A stretch of 64,000 nucleotides of DNA from Tubiluchus corallicola. Taxonomy: Eukaryota; Animalia; Priapulida. Of the stretch, positions 50,201-64,000 are shown piece by piece. Position numbers and translations under genes: made by a program. The stretch spans positions 1-64,000 of the forward strand of contig JAQGDQ010001036.1 in assembly GCA_030141605.1 (NCBI GenBank), written 5' to 3'. A model generated the notes under the pieces. It made no database searches, was not told the origin of the DNA, and saw only the letters and a program-made list of their open reading frames with translations. Numbering within the stretch: position 1 is the first letter of the stretch; every line of letters starts with the position of its first letter.

Positions 50201-51195
50201 GAAGATCAGCAATTGAAGTGGATGCCTTAGAACTAAACAGTGAACATCATTAGGCTATTACAAAAATTTTTGCAAGCATAAATAATATAGCATAAACAAT
50301 ATACTGCAACAGTGAAAGCCTCTTTTTATCCTTGGTGCCCTCATATATCTATGCCAACTTGCCAGAGAACTTGGTTTTGTACAAATAGGAGCACCTCAAT
50401 TCCTAATTGGTCATTCTATCCAGATACTAACACATATTAAGCAAAACTTTCATGTGGTAATTTTTTACCCCGCTTGGTCATTATCGTAATATAAAAACCC
50501 CCTGGCTGGCTAAGGGTTAAACTATTGGGGTTTGTGAGGGCGGGGAACTTTGAAGCCTGAAAGTGTTAAACGCAGTCTTGCACATTCTAACAATTATGAT
50601 TTCATATTCTCCCTGCGATTTAGCTCAGAATCACTGTGAGAAGAAGTTAAGCAGAGAGAGTATTGACCAGCAGTTGGATAGGTGCTGGTTTGAAAATGTG
50701 CTAGGACAGATTTTCCATAGAAAGTTATATTACTTAGCATTATGCTTATCTGTTTAAAGGACTTATATAATTAGAAAGGAAAATACTTAAAATTCAAAAC
50801 ATTCTTGCCACCTGGTGGAACAGGATGCACTGCACTGCCGTTGTGTAGCCACATAAAAACACTCGCCATTGTGAATGTCAAAAATGCGGGTCTTTCATGC
50901 AGGAAGTGGGGTTCTGACCCTATGTTTGATGAATCATCTAACTTCTGCGAACAGCGCTAAATCTTGTTGTTCAGTTTAGGAACTAATTATCCCACAATTG
51001 TTTTTCATATTTAGCCAAAAGTTGTTTCCATTTTTCCACCATTCGGCTTGCCGGGGCCAAATGTCCCCATACAAGAACCTAGAATTTTGTTTACATGTAT
51101 CAAAAAATTTGTTTTCTGTAATGGGTAGTGTATGTAACCTCGTATTGTGAGAAAAGCTGAAATAGAAATTGTGTGGATGTTTGCAGTGGTTGTGG

Positions 51196-51227
<32 letters not shown>

Positions 51228-51341
51228 GTGATGATGATGGTGGTGATGATGATGATGGTGGTGATGATGATTATGGTGATGATGATGATAATGATGAGTG
51301 GTGATGTTGATGAGTGATGATGATAATGGTAGTGGTGGTGG

Positions 51342-51372
<31 letters not shown>

Positions 51373-51669
51373 GATGATGATGATGATAATGATGATGATG
51401 ATGGTGATGGTGGTGATGATGATGATGATGGTGGTGATGATGATAATGATGAGTGGTGATGTTGATGAGTGATGATGATGGTGATGATGATAATGGTGGT
51501 GGTGGTGGTGATGATGATGATGATGGTGGTGGTGGTGATGATGATGATGATGATGTTGATGAGTGATGATGATGATGATGATGAGTGATGATGGTGATGG
51601 TGAAGATGATGCATACATACATACATACATACATACATACATACATACATACATACATACATACATACA

Positions 51670-51702
<33 letters not shown>

Positions 51703-54700
51703 GTATATATTTAAATCATAAAAGTTTTTTGATAAACGCATCCAAAACACTGAGCTGTTTGTTACTTTTTCTGAAAAATGAAGTTGTTTTTACTGCACAG
51801 GTTGTTGTATAGCACTGGGTTGATTCCAAATGGTACATCTTTCATTGGCTATGCCAGGTCAAACTTAACTGTGAGTGACATTAGAAAAAAGGCTGAACCG
51901 TATATGAAGGTATAGTTTTGCATATCTGTTTTAGCTAAAGTCTTGATAATATTGATGGTTTTTATCACTGCTAATTCGCCAATAGTCAATTATATGTTTT
52001 GGACAAAAATGGAAATTAAAGCTTGTGTTTTTACATCTTAAGCTTGTGTTTTTTGCATCTTAGACTTGTGTTTTTTACATCTTAAGCTTGTGTTTTTTGC
52101 ATCTTAGCCTTGTGTTTTTTACATCTTAAGCTGGTGTTTTTACATCTTAAGCTTGTGTTTTTTGCATCTTAAGCTGGTGTTTTTTGCATCTTAAGCTTGT
52201 GTTTTTACATCTTAAACTTGTGATTTTTGCATCTTAAGCTTGTGTTTTTACATCTTAAGCTTGTGCTTTTTGCCTCTTAAAGACAATGTTCAATGGAATT
52301 AGGATTCATTTTTCCAATGTGAAAAATTTTTGTAAAACAAAAAAATCTTTCTGATATTGATTCTTTTCTATAATTAAAAGTTCACCATCGATCTTAAATT
52401 TTTGTTCATGTTCAGGCTTACTGGAAATGCGCCCCGTCATTTTCTTTACTGTCATGTTATTAAACAGGTAAAAAGCGAAGACAAAGGCAAACTGGAGAAA
52501 TTCTGGTCTGTCAACAGTTATTTAGCCGGAGCTTACGACCAGAAAGAGGCGTTCGCGAAGCTCAACGCAGCCATAGAGAGGCTTGAGGGAAAGGCTGCTG
52601 CCAATCGGCTGTTCTACCTAGCACTACCACCCAGCGTATTCATGGTGGTAACAACGAATATACAAGCCACCTGCATGGGGAAAAAGTAGGTTTATATAAG
52701 TTGACACAAAAAAATGTGCCAAAGTTTCGTACACGATATTGTACAAAGAAAATAACAGAATCGCTTGAATATTACCACACTAATTTTGCAGACATTTGTG
52801 CATAAAACACAAATGATTTTAGATCATTTGATTAGATCTTTCCAAAGATACAGAAGATTTAAAAGAACGAGTAAAAAAAATGAATGTCGGAAAAACTCAG
52901 CTTAACTGTGTCACTACTGTTCAAATTTACAGTGAGTGGTCAGTGTATGTCCACTATTTCAGCGTAAACTAGATGTAGGTGTTTCTTGCAACAGCTTATA
53001 GACTTTCTCACTTCCTTAAGAGGGTCTTTCATTCGGACTTGCAAGAGTTTTTGCCCTTGGTTCCTCTGCTTTAGATCGAACTGTTCTGTGCAGCCATTGT
53101 GTACTTTTTCTTTAACCCTTTCACTACGTTGTTACTTTTTGACTGGGCCACATTGATGTTTGCACATTTGACAATAACTTCTTGTGGTGTGTTACTGAAA
53201 CAAAATCTTGTAAATAAACAAGTAGTTGTTCGTCATTGAGTACCAATATTAAATATTAGTTTTGTTTCTACACATGCAAACACACACGAGCACACATACG
53301 TGCACTCATGCACCTACACACGTGCACACCTTCATAAATAAGCGTGTACTTATATTTGGAAATCAGTTTTCACAAAGGACACAATACTAATCCATAATAT
53401 GCAATCTTTTTACAAGAATGCAGAACAATCAACTAAACGCGCATTTCATCAACTATCAACAAGCAGTTTTGCGTGAGAACGTACTATACAGTACAGTATT
53501 ATGGAACGCACCTGGCTTCAGACACTGATTCGCTGGTTAGCATTACTTGTTGCCAAGCAACCCCAATCCCACGGCTGTTAGACTTCTCTACAATATTTTT
53601 GCGTGGCTGTAGCAGTGAAATAAACAGACCTGGGTGACTGCGCTTAGTGCTGAGCTTTGGCGGCAGTCCACCACCTTCTGTCCCGTTTATGAAAAACATG
53701 GGTGGTAGTGTGCCGCCTTCCGTAGTGAAAGGGTTAAGGAAATTCCAGATACCGTAGTCCAGAGAATTGAGTTACATTTTTTCTTGACGACAAATATTAG
53801 CAAGTGCTTTACTTTTGAGGCGAATACCACCATTATATAAACTGATTAATTTCTTTATTGTTTTGCCGCCATGTTGAATGTGTTTTACCTATCGTGTCGA
53901 TTTTTCAAATGACAATTAGTTGGCATTATTCCAGCATTTTAAATCTTTAAAATCCAAAAGTTTTTTGGTCACAACTTAAAAATTGCTAAATCTATAAACT
54001 TGAAACTTTCTCCGCCATAAGCCAATGAACTGTGAAATCGTGCTGTGGAATTTTGAGCTTGTAGGGCTCTTGCTTCTAACGTTATTCTAGTCTAAGCTTT
54101 GGCACGTTTTTTATGCTCCACCCGATATAATAGAGCTATAGTAATTTTATTCTTGGAGGCAAGGAGTTGAAATACAATCGTTGTGTGCGATAACATTTCT
54201 CTGCGAATTCAGAATATCATTTTAGAAGATCATTGTTGGTAGTGAGGTGAGATAGTGTCCAGTCCTGCCACACTGCCAACATGCTATTGAGCATGTGCAC
54301 TGTGCTGAACTTATAAAAAACACATTTAGCAAACTCTTCAATACTTTTCCATCTGTTCATACACATTTAGCAAGTTGTTCATTACTTTTCCACCTATTCA
54401 TACACATTTAGCATGTTCTTCAATACTTTTCCATCTGTTCATACACATTTAGCAAGTTCTTCAATACTTTTCCATCTGTTCATACACATTTAGCAAGTTC
54501 TTCAATACTTTTCCATCTGTTCATACACATTTAGCAAGTTCTTCAATACTTTTCCACCTATTCATACACATTTAGCAAGTTCTTCAATACTTTTCCACCT
54601 GTTCATACACATTTAGCAAGTTCTTCAATACTTTTCCACCTGTTCATACACATTTAGCAAGTTCTTCAATACTTTTCCACCTGTTCATACACATTTAGCA

Positions 54701-57700
54701 AGTTCTTCAATACTTTTCCACCTGTTCATACACATTTAGCAAGTTCTTCAATACTTTTCCACCTGTTCATACACATTTAGCAAGTTCTTCATTACTTTTC
54801 CATCTGTTCATACACATTTAGCATGTTCTTCAATACTTTTCCACCTGTTCATACACATTTAGCAAGTTCTTCAATACTTTTCCACCTGTTCATACACATT
54901 TAGCAAGTTCTTCATTACTTTTCCATCTGTTCAAACACATTTAGCAAGTTCTTCAATACTTTTCCATCTGTTCATACACATTTAGCAAGTTCTTCAATAC
55001 TTTTCCACCTGTTCATACACATTTAGCAAGTTCTTCAATACTTTTCCATCTGTTCAAACACATTTAGCAAGTTCTTCAATACTTTTCCATCTGTTCATAC
55101 ACATTTAGCAAGTTCTTCAATACTTTTCCATCTGTTCATACACATTTAGCAAGTTCTTCAATACTTTTCCACCTGTTCATACACATTTAGCAAGTTCTTC
55201 AATACTTTTCCATCTGTTCATACACATTTAGCAAGTTCTTCAATACTTTTCCACCTGTTCATACACATTTAGCAAGTTCTTCAATACTTTTCCACCTGTT
55301 CATACACATTTAGCAAGTTCTTCAATACTTTTCCACCTGTTCATACACATTTAGCAAGTTCTTCAATACTTTTCCACCTGTTCATACACATTTAGCAAGT
55401 TCTTCAATACTTTTCCACCTGTTCATACACATTTAGCAAGTTCTTCAATACTTTTCCACCTGTTCATACACATTTAGCAAGTTCTTCAATACTTTTCCAT
55501 CTGTTCAAACACATTTAGCAAGTTCTTCAATGCTTTTTCCTCTTTTCTTACACATTTTCTGTTCATTCTTGTTTTTACGAAAAATTTACGAAAAATTCTT
55601 GTTCTTTTACTGAAGATTATTTATTTCCATTTCTGTTAGTTCGACATCGGACAGGTGAGTTTTACGGCAAGTTCGTGTTGCTTTCAAACTCCTTCTCACC
55701 GCAATGCAAAATGCACGGTAGAAAGAGTTGACACCCGCACAAAATAATAATAAGTTGAATGCAACATTGTTGTAGTTGTTGTTGTTGTACAATCTAACTG
55801 TTTTACGCTCTTAAATTCTGTGGTAGAGAAGAGAGAGAGCGGAAATCTTTGATGGCACCGCAGGCTAACGTGACGTAATTTGTTGTCTCTCAGTTTACTT
55901 TGTTTTGCTGTTAATTTGAAATGTCGTAATGATTCCTGTTTTTGCACATAGTAGCATATAGATTTCGGTCGCTTGGTTTGATTCTGTGGTTGTTCTCTTG
56001 CACATTTGTTATTCAAATTGCTATTCTGACTGGCCTGTATGACGAGACTATACCGTCATGCTTAATATGCTGATTAACTGACATGTATACAAGTAGTAAT
56101 GATACCTGTGCATGTCAAGCACTCTTTTTGAATCAGACTTGTGAAGATAAACAGTGGTGCTGTCCTCTGTTGGCCAGAAAGCTAATGTTTTGGCCACAAA
56201 ATGGCTATAGCCAAAAATGTGGGTTATCACAAAAACGTGGGTTAAAACTAGTGACTAGTTGAGCTTCTTGGTCTTTCACCATCCTATTTCCATTGTGATA
56301 TTTAAATACATTTACTTGCCTCAGTTATATCATGAGTATGGAAATAAATGCACGTTTTGAATTGAATTGAAAAAAAATTGCAGAAAAGATTGCTGTTATT
56401 GCTGAATGTGTGCTGCAGTCTGCTGTGTTGTGAGTTTTGTTTTCGATCCTGTATTTTGCAATGTGCTTTGAATTACGCCACACAAAGTAAATCTACTTTT
56501 TAAATGATGCGATGAAGCTCGTGTTGATGAAAATGGCAGTACTCTTGATGGCGGTGGTGGACAGCAGCAGTGGTGATGGCAACAGTGGAAATCATGGAGG
56601 TGTAGTTTACACTTGCGAGTTTGCTGTCGAAGAGAAAACTTGCTACGGAAAATTCGCTGGTGTGAACGCAATATAAGACATCTTATAGTGTGTGTGATAC
56701 GGTATATTTGGGTTTGCAAAAACTATAAATATTGCTATGAAGTGAATAAATGTACTTTTATAATCTAATCTTTTGTATACTAGAGGTCATTTTATCTGAA
56801 AGCTTATAATGTTGCAGAAATCTTTATTGTTGGTTGACCTTGAGCAGCATGAAAGATGGGAATTATAACTTTAATAACATTGCATTACAGAGGTTGGACA
56901 CGAGTCATCGTCGAGAAGCCATTTGGAAAGGACCTTGAATCGTCCTCCAAACTGTCGAATCACCTCTCTGCTCTGTTCACGGAGGAACAGCTGTACAGGA
57001 TTGACCACTACCTCGGGAAGGAGATGGTGCAGAATCTCATGATACTCAGGTGCGTTCGTTGCCATAGCAACGTTCTTAGATGCGGCGGGGTTTTGTGTCG
57101 CCAAAGCTATCAGGGAATACTTTGCACAAAATTGGTGCATTAGCATTGATTGATCATAATGGGAAAATAATGATTTTTGGAAATGCATCATTGCATGTGT
57201 AGCTTTAGCCTTTTTTCAGGGATGGGAATTTTCTGCGGATATACAGAATTCCGAGTTTTTGGAAGACCAGTAGTGCCATTTTTGTAAATCGCGTAAATTC
57301 GTTGAGAAAATTTCTGTGTTTCAGAGTTTTTTGCAATTTGTCATTCTCATCCCTGTTTTTTGGCAATGCAGCAGAAAAGTTGCATTTCGTACGAGACGTA
57401 CGCTAATACCATTGATAGGTAGGAGGGTTTGTTTCTTATTGTTTTTAACCTGTGTAGAAAATTGCGTAGAGTTCTGCCATGTCAATTTGAAATGAGATAC
57501 ATGACATTGCAAGCTGGTAAGTCAGACCTGTTGGCATTTTCGTAACAGCTTGCGAGGTACGGCACTTGGCTGTCCAGGGGTTTCAGGTTCGAATCCCACT
57601 GGTGTCCACTCGCACACTCCGCTCTAACATTCTCTTCTTCTTCTTCAAATTCTCATTCCATCTATTGTAGACATTGACGTATCAACACTTATCAGAGTAT

Positions 57701-60700
57701 TCCATCCACTCCTATCTGCGGCTAACAGCGTAAGCATAGCCTACAGCACCTGGTATTCTTAGGCGATCACACATCCAAGTACTAAGCAGGCTCTATTTTG
57801 CTTAACTTCACTGATCAGACAAGAACCAGTACAGCTTCACAAGAACTCGTAAGCAAATGGAATTTTTTTTTGCATTTTAAGGTTTGGCAATAGAATTTGG
57901 GGACCAGTCTGGAACAGAGACTCCATAGCTGCCATTACATTAAGTTTCAAAGAGCCATTTGGCACTCAGGGGCGTGGCGGCTATTTTGACGAATTCGGAA
58001 TAATCAGGTATGAATTTTTTAGTCAGTGATTTATCATTTCTATTATGTAATAGTATTAGTTTTACGCTCTTATTATATTAATTTTGTTGCTAAAGCACTA
58101 TTCCTTAAAAGAAGACAGGATGATTTTTCATACACTACCCCGTTTTTCAAGTCCGATAAAAAGTATGCATTTTAACACGATTAATACTGAAAAAGTGTTT
58201 CTGATAATTAAATAATAGATTAAAAACTTAATTAACGGCGGGTGAGTCCAACTATTGATGACATCAAAAACAAAAATAATTTTCAACTGCAAAAATATTC
58301 CACGAGCGTATTGCACGTGTTTGCGAAAGCGAAAATTGAAGTACAGTGCTACTGTAAGATATTCGTAGTGTTGTACTAAAACTAGGCAAGTTTGAAGATA
58401 AAAATTCAAATTTTAAATTTTCTGCTGCGTTCATGCATGAGCTGTCAAACATGTGTAGTTCGTCACAAACTAACACACCTGAACTGAGAGGTACAGCACA
58501 TGTTTTTTGTGCAATACGTTTCTGAAATGCAGGCGCTAGAGCCCGTCTAACTAGCAAATAGTGAAATACCTGTAACAGCGAAGAACTAGTGGTGCGAACG
58601 TGAAAGTTTGTTTGTGTGGTAAATGACGTAAGTCATTTTTGAAAAAAAATAGTATGTTTCCTTTCAATATTTTAAAACGTAAACGTGAAAGCACTTAATT
58701 TCTAACAATACTTACAGTATATTGATAAAATTTTGCTGATTTTCAGTGTTTTGCTTGCTTGAAATTGAAAAATCCCTAATAGGATTTTCCTTTACATTTC
58801 TGCTCAGGGACGTAATGCAGAATCATGTGCTCCAGATGCTGACCTTGGTTGCCATGGAGAAGCCAGCATCCACATCGGCAGATGACATTCGAAATGAAAA
58901 GGTGCCAATCCTCAAGTTTGTTGTGCTTCGTCACACGTGTGTGTATCTGTTGTAGCGTAAAATGGGCCTTGAATGGCATGATTTCTCTTCACTATGAGTG
59001 CACAGTAATGCTTCAATATTCACTCCTTCGGGACCATAAGTTTGCTTCATTTTGCACGGGGTTCGTGAAAAACTGCTCTTACCAAGCAGCAACTATACTT
59101 GATTATTTTTGTAGGTTTCTACTCCTCACACAATGGATTTTCGTGCAAAATTATGTATGAAATGCATTTCCTTATCTTAGACATATTAAAAATCAATATG
59201 TGATGGAAAGCTTTCAGTAACCGCAGTGTTTGCACTTTAACAATGTACAGTATCACTAACAGTGAAATCAGCTAATGTAGAAAATTTCAGCCATCCAGAC
59301 ACAACACTCTGATATGCATTGGCCTCAAGTCTACTCTATTTTTAAGGAGAAATTCCTGTTAAAAGATGAAATGACCTTAATTTCTCCCTGGCCGATCAGT
59401 TGATTTTTCTTGGAACTCTGCACAGCAGATGATTCTCTTGAACTGCAGCAAGCAGCTGATCAACAAATTAGTATGTACTATGCAAGCGTACACCAGACTA
59501 AGCTACTCGATAGGCTAAGTTGGAGTGCCTGAAAAGGGCATGTATGTCTTCATTTTATCCAATTAAATCACTTGTAAATGTTTAAACAAACAAGGTGATT
59601 GGATAGTCGAGATTCTCCTGAATAGAATAATACCTAATTTGTAATAATTTAGTTATGTCTGTGCCCATACGGTAACAAAAAAGTCGCGGGTCTTATAAGA
59701 CTTATTTTGAATGGCCTAAAGTAGTATGAATTAGTGTCTGATTTATAACTTCAACAGTATTTCAATGGAAACTAATCCAGAAATTCACAGTATTGTTCTT
59801 TTGCGCAGGTAAAGGTTTTGAAGAGCATGCCTGCTTTACAGTTAAGCAACACTGTGCTCGGTCAGTATGTTGGTAATCCTAACGGGCAAGGTGACGAGAA
59901 GGAGGGCTACCTAGATGACCCCACCGTACCCAAAGGTAGATCAATAATGTGTGACCTGTGACCACATTTGTTTTTCTGTTATCAAGCCCAGATCTTTGTC
60001 TGAAAGAGCCATCTACAGGATTTAAACATAAGCTGAATGTGTTCTTGCGTAGTCCTTAGCAACCAAACTTTTGTACAGCTGCTAAGTGTTTTTGGAGAAG
60101 CCTGATACAAAACAATGATAATGAGCAGTTTTCTCAAGATTATGTTTTTCACTGCAGAGACTACACCTCAACTTCAATGTGGATTATTTCAGCTTAGAAA
60201 TAAGCTAAAGCGATGAGCTTGGTATCAAAATGATTCTCATGAAATGGCGATTCAGCACATGTGAATAACTAGAAAAGTTTAACTGCCAAATTATTCACAT
60301 TTTTGCCATGCCAGCATACATATCTATTATTGTTATTATTGGGAATTTTAAGGATATGGTAAATGAGTTGTGTGTGTGGACTTTAGTACTGCATTTTTGT
60401 ATTCGTCGTGCTTAACAACTTACTGTTTATAATTGTGATATGACTGTCAGAAATTCTGAACAGTTTGATATAAAAGGTTCTTAGTGGTACATTTCTATGT
60501 CTTTAGCAATGTATTTGTTGGTTTAGGTGGAATAGAGAACAATAAGAACTTTTCACAGTTTCGTTGTGCGCACATGAAATTGCTGTAGGTGAAAGGTTAA
60601 GCATTCCACAGCAACACGTCTTTACTAAACCATCATGTAATGTGCGTGTGAAACAAATCCGGCTGCCGTGTCAGTTTAGTAACTTCAGTTGTTTTACGTA

Positions 60701-63700
60701 AACTTGACTTAATTTTGCATTAGTCTGTGCGTAGAATGATTTACTAGCAGGATCTTGCTTGGTAACAAGAAAAAATGAACTAGGTAAAGCTCTAGCTAGC
60801 TGTTAAAATATGTTAAAACTGTTATTGTTATAGTAGCATGGGCTGCGAGGCATGTCAAGTGTGCACACAAGTAAGTTGTCTGGTGCACTTAACCTTTGAC
60901 CTTTTCACGATTGTCATCAATCGCTGGAACAGTGAAAAGGCTTATTAATGTCTGACAACTAAACTGACTGGTTAAGGCACACCTCACAATTTGTGAATGC
61001 TACAATTAAAATGTCAAACATAGCCAAAAGGTCAATTCTTTTTTGGTAAATGTTGCTTTGATTTCACTATTCACTGGCGTTTTTGCTTTCGTAATTAAAA
61101 AAGCGCCCTCTTCTTTCAGGCTCCGTCACACCCACGTATGCTACTGTTGTCGGGTACATCAATAACGAGAGATGGGAGGGAGTGCCGTTCATTATGCGCT
61201 GTGGGAAAGGTAATCATGCTGTATTCAGCAGATTCAGTAGCATGAAACTGTAATTAGCAGGGATGAGAATTTTCCACTGATATGCGGAATTCCAAGTTTT
61301 TGGAAGACCAGTAGTGCCATTATTGTTATTTGAGTCAATTGCAGACAGCTTTGATATACTTTTGCATAAGAGCGGCCAGTACTTAGGTGTTTTTGAGACA
61401 ATTAGGTATCATGTATCCTTGATAGTTGGATATTTTGAATTATGCATGAAACAAGGTAATTGATATTTTAAGTCCACTTAGAGGTTCTCTATGGCGTACG
61501 CGGCCCTCAAACCCCCCGGCCTGTTTCAGAGTTTTTTGCAATTTGTCATTCTCATCCCTGAATTACTGGTCACCTTGATTTGACGTCACTTGTTTATAAT
61601 TGGACAGCAGTTCATGTTTGTGGCAACAGATGTTTGTTTTAAAAAAAGTAAGAAAGTGCATTTCTGTATTGATTAACAAATATTACAACAGACATTGGGA
61701 TGAGGTTTTTCTTCCCTCTTTGTCCTCCTGTGTGGCAAAAGTAATCACGCTGTATTAAGCAGATTCAGTAGCATGAAACTGTGACCACTGGTCACCTTCA
61801 ATTGTCGTCATTGGTTTGTGGATGGACAGCAAGTATTTTAATGATGCAGTGTGGAAATGAGTAAACTCTTGAACTTTTGTGATAATAGAAATGTTTGTTT
61901 TAAAAAGTAGTTGCCTCAGTAAGAAAGTGCATTTCTGTATTGATTAACGAAGATTAATCAATGGTCTAATGACCCAGGAACTAATGATCTGTTGAAGTTG
62001 TTATTTTTCGGAAAAGATGAATTTAACTATGTTGCTAACTGTAAAATATTCCAATGCATACATGACTTTATGTTACGTTCTATCTAATATGAAACGCATC
62101 AGTCTTAAATATTCGTACATTAATACTTTCTAACCGTCATTTTCTACTTATGTCTAATGTAATCTTGTAGTAAAATTTGTCAGCTTGTGTAGTTATAGTC
62201 TGTTCTTACTGTAAATGTTACTAATGTCTAATGTAATCTTGTAGTAAAACTTGTCAGCTTGTGTAGTTATAGATTCTTACTGTAAATGTTACTAATGTCT
62301 AATGTAATCTTGTAGTAAAACTTGTCAGCTTGTGTAGTTATAGTCTAGTCTTACTGTAAATGTTCTTGTAAATAGTGTATAAAGTCTGTTGTGGTGAGTA
62401 CCCTAAATCATGTTGTTCAAACTGTCTGATCCAATCCTATAATAAATTATGTTTAAACTAACGAAGATTATAGCACACGTTGGGATGACTCTTTTCCTCC
62501 GTGTTTCTCCTCTTGTCCTCTTTCTGCCCTATTTTTGAAAATGGGCATGAGAAACCTAATTATTTAATCAGAGCTGCTCTTTTGTTTTTGTTGAAGAGAA
62601 ATGAATCTTTTTTAATGAGAAATAAGTCATGAGTCATGAAAAAATAGCCCTCCCCAAACTAACGTTTAAACCTTCATCCTGGTAGAGGCATTTGTAAAAG
62701 GCACACATCGTCGTATAATCCGGTTTCTCTTCCTTTGAAAAACTTATAAGTTTGCCTCTAAGACCCCCTCAAGTACCTCTAGGAAGTGGAAAACCCCCTC
62801 AAAAATGGCCATTTTACTCATTGCTTGTACACCGTGTACAAAAGTCATCTTACTGGAACTTGTTGAGGTATTTGGAGGCAAATTTTTATCTATTTAGAAA
62901 CGGGAAAATACTGAGCTACTCGGTCATGTGGGTGTCTTTTACAAGTGCTTCGACGAACACCATCTCACATCGGACAGTTACTTTACCTAGGAACGTTAGA
63001 TTCCAAAAAGCCCCAATGACAAATTGATTGGTGGAAAATAGCATTTGAGCTTTTCGTGTTTCAGGGATGAGAATTTTCTGCGGATACGCGAAATTCCGAG
63101 TTTTTGGAAGACCAGTAGTGCCTTTTTTGTAAATCGTGTAAATTCGTTGAGAAAATTTTTACTGACCCAGTACATTATTTCACAATCTGACCGCTAGGTG
63201 GCAGGCCGTCACTTTGTTTACATCACGTACATCAGTGTAACCACGTGTATATCTCTATGTATAAAAATATAGAATTAATTGTGCGGAGTTATTTGAGTCA
63301 ATTGCAGACAGTTTTTATATACTTTTGCATAGGAGCGGCCAGTACTTAGGCATTTTTGAGACAATTAGGTATCATGTATCCTTGATAGTTGGGTATTTTA
63401 AATTATGCATGAAACAAGGTAACTGATATTTTAAGTCCATTTAGAGGTTCTCTATGATCACAAAATTGCAATTTGTTGCTGCCTACGGCCTGTTTCAGAC
63501 TTTTTTGCAATTTGTAATTTTTATCCCTGGTGTTTTTCGCAGCACTTAACGAGCGAAAAGCGGAGATTCGCATCCAGTTCAAAGACGTACCGGGCGACAT
63601 ATTTCAGCAGACAACGAAGCGTAACGAACTGGTCGTACGTGTGCAGCCCAACGAGGCCGTTTACTGCAAGATGATGACGAAGACACCCGGCATGTCGTTT

Positions 63701-63748
63701 GGCGCTGAGGAAACGGAACTGGATCTGACATACGGCAGCCGTTACAAG
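47142..63748 (+). CDS. G6PD: G6PD second copy in the right palindrome arm; exons 1-10, continues beyond the window
   Basis: Exons 47142-47240, 49533-49570, 51801-51909, 52468-52685, 56891-57049, 57882-58007, 58808-58901, 59809-59935, 61120-61209, 63543-63748. No coding difference from the left copy was noticed. Confidence 0.93.
49533..49570 (+). CDS. G6PD: G6PD coding exon 2 (right copy)
   Basis: Mirror of 18931-18968. Confidence 0.92.
51801..51909 (+). CDS. G6PD: G6PD coding exon 3 (right copy)
   Basis: Mirror of 16592-16700. Confidence 0.92.
52468..52685 (+). CDS. G6PD: G6PD coding exon 4 (right copy)
   Basis: Mirror of 15816-16033. Confidence 0.92.
54321..55540 (-). repeat. 41-bp minisatellite, mirror copy
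   Basis: Reverse complement of 12961-14180 with a few unit variants differing. Confidence 0.97.
56891..57049 (+). CDS. G6PD: G6PD coding exon 5 (right copy)
   Basis: Mirror of 11452-11610. Confidence 0.93.
57882..58007 (+). CDS. G6PD: G6PD coding exon 6 (right copy)
   Basis: Mirror of 10494-10619. Confidence 0.92.
58808..58901 (+). CDS. G6PD: G6PD coding exon 7 (right copy)
   Basis: Mirror of 9600-9693. Confidence 0.92.
59809..59935 (+). CDS. G6PD: G6PD coding exon 8 (right copy)
   Basis: Mirror of 8566-8692. Confidence 0.92.
61120..61209 (+). CDS. G6PD: G6PD coding exon 9 (right copy)
   Basis: Mirror of 7292-7381. Confidence 0.92.
63543..63748 (+). CDS. G6PD: G6PD coding exon 10 (right copy)
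   Basis: Mirror of 4750-4955. Confidence 0.92.
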
Positions 63749-64000
63749 GTGTGACCTCTGGCCTTGGCAGAGTCAAATGAAATCTTTTAGCATTCTAGTT
63801 ACGAATATTTTTTGTTTGCTTTGCATTTTTACAGTCAGACCCAGTTTAATTAATTAATTAACTAACAAAGGCCTCGCAAAAAATTTTGCGTATAAATACA
63901 CGTATAATCAAAAATACGCGAACATCCTACCTAGTGTTTGTTTACTTACCTAACGCAAAGCCAGCAGCAGCTTTTACTGAATTAAAGTTATAGACAGAGT

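Larger units (their letters stand above)
35443..64000 (-). repeat. Right arm of the giant inverted duplication (runs off the window)
   Basis: The last bases ...tagacagagt are the reverse complement of actctgtcta at 4498. Confidence 0.99.

Overview
AT-rich, intron-rich animal genomic DNA, probably invertebrate; the species cannot be called from the sequence. Almost the whole window is one giant inverted duplication: 4498-33059 is the near-perfect reverse complement of 35443-64000, around a 2,383-bp spacer, and the right arm runs off the window. The left side holds a complete glucose-6-phosphate dehydrogenase gene (G6PD; 12 coding exons, 507 aa, minus strand, 1293-21359). It lies head-to-head with the first four exons of an N-acetylglucosamine-6-sulfatase gene (GNS; plus strand, 25765-31734). 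The right arm repeats G6PD exons 1-10 and GNS exons 1-4, and neither GNS copy has exon 5 onward in this window. A second fold-back junction appears at the left edge: 1-466 mirrors 2630-3141 of an intronic 33-bp satellite. The locus therefore looks like alternating inverted copies of a ~33-35 kb G6PD unit. This is either a real palindromic amplicon or a fold-back chimera from amplification or assembly, and the sequence alone cannot decide. Introns carry many mobile elements: two different 5S-rRNA-headed SINEs (one with an RTE-like body), a CAGGG-ended MITE family with 6-bp TSDs, hAT-, piggyBac- and Kolobok-like MITEs, a Tc1/mariner remnant, a solo LTR, LINE 3' ends and several satellites. Most ORFs in the supplied track are spurious.
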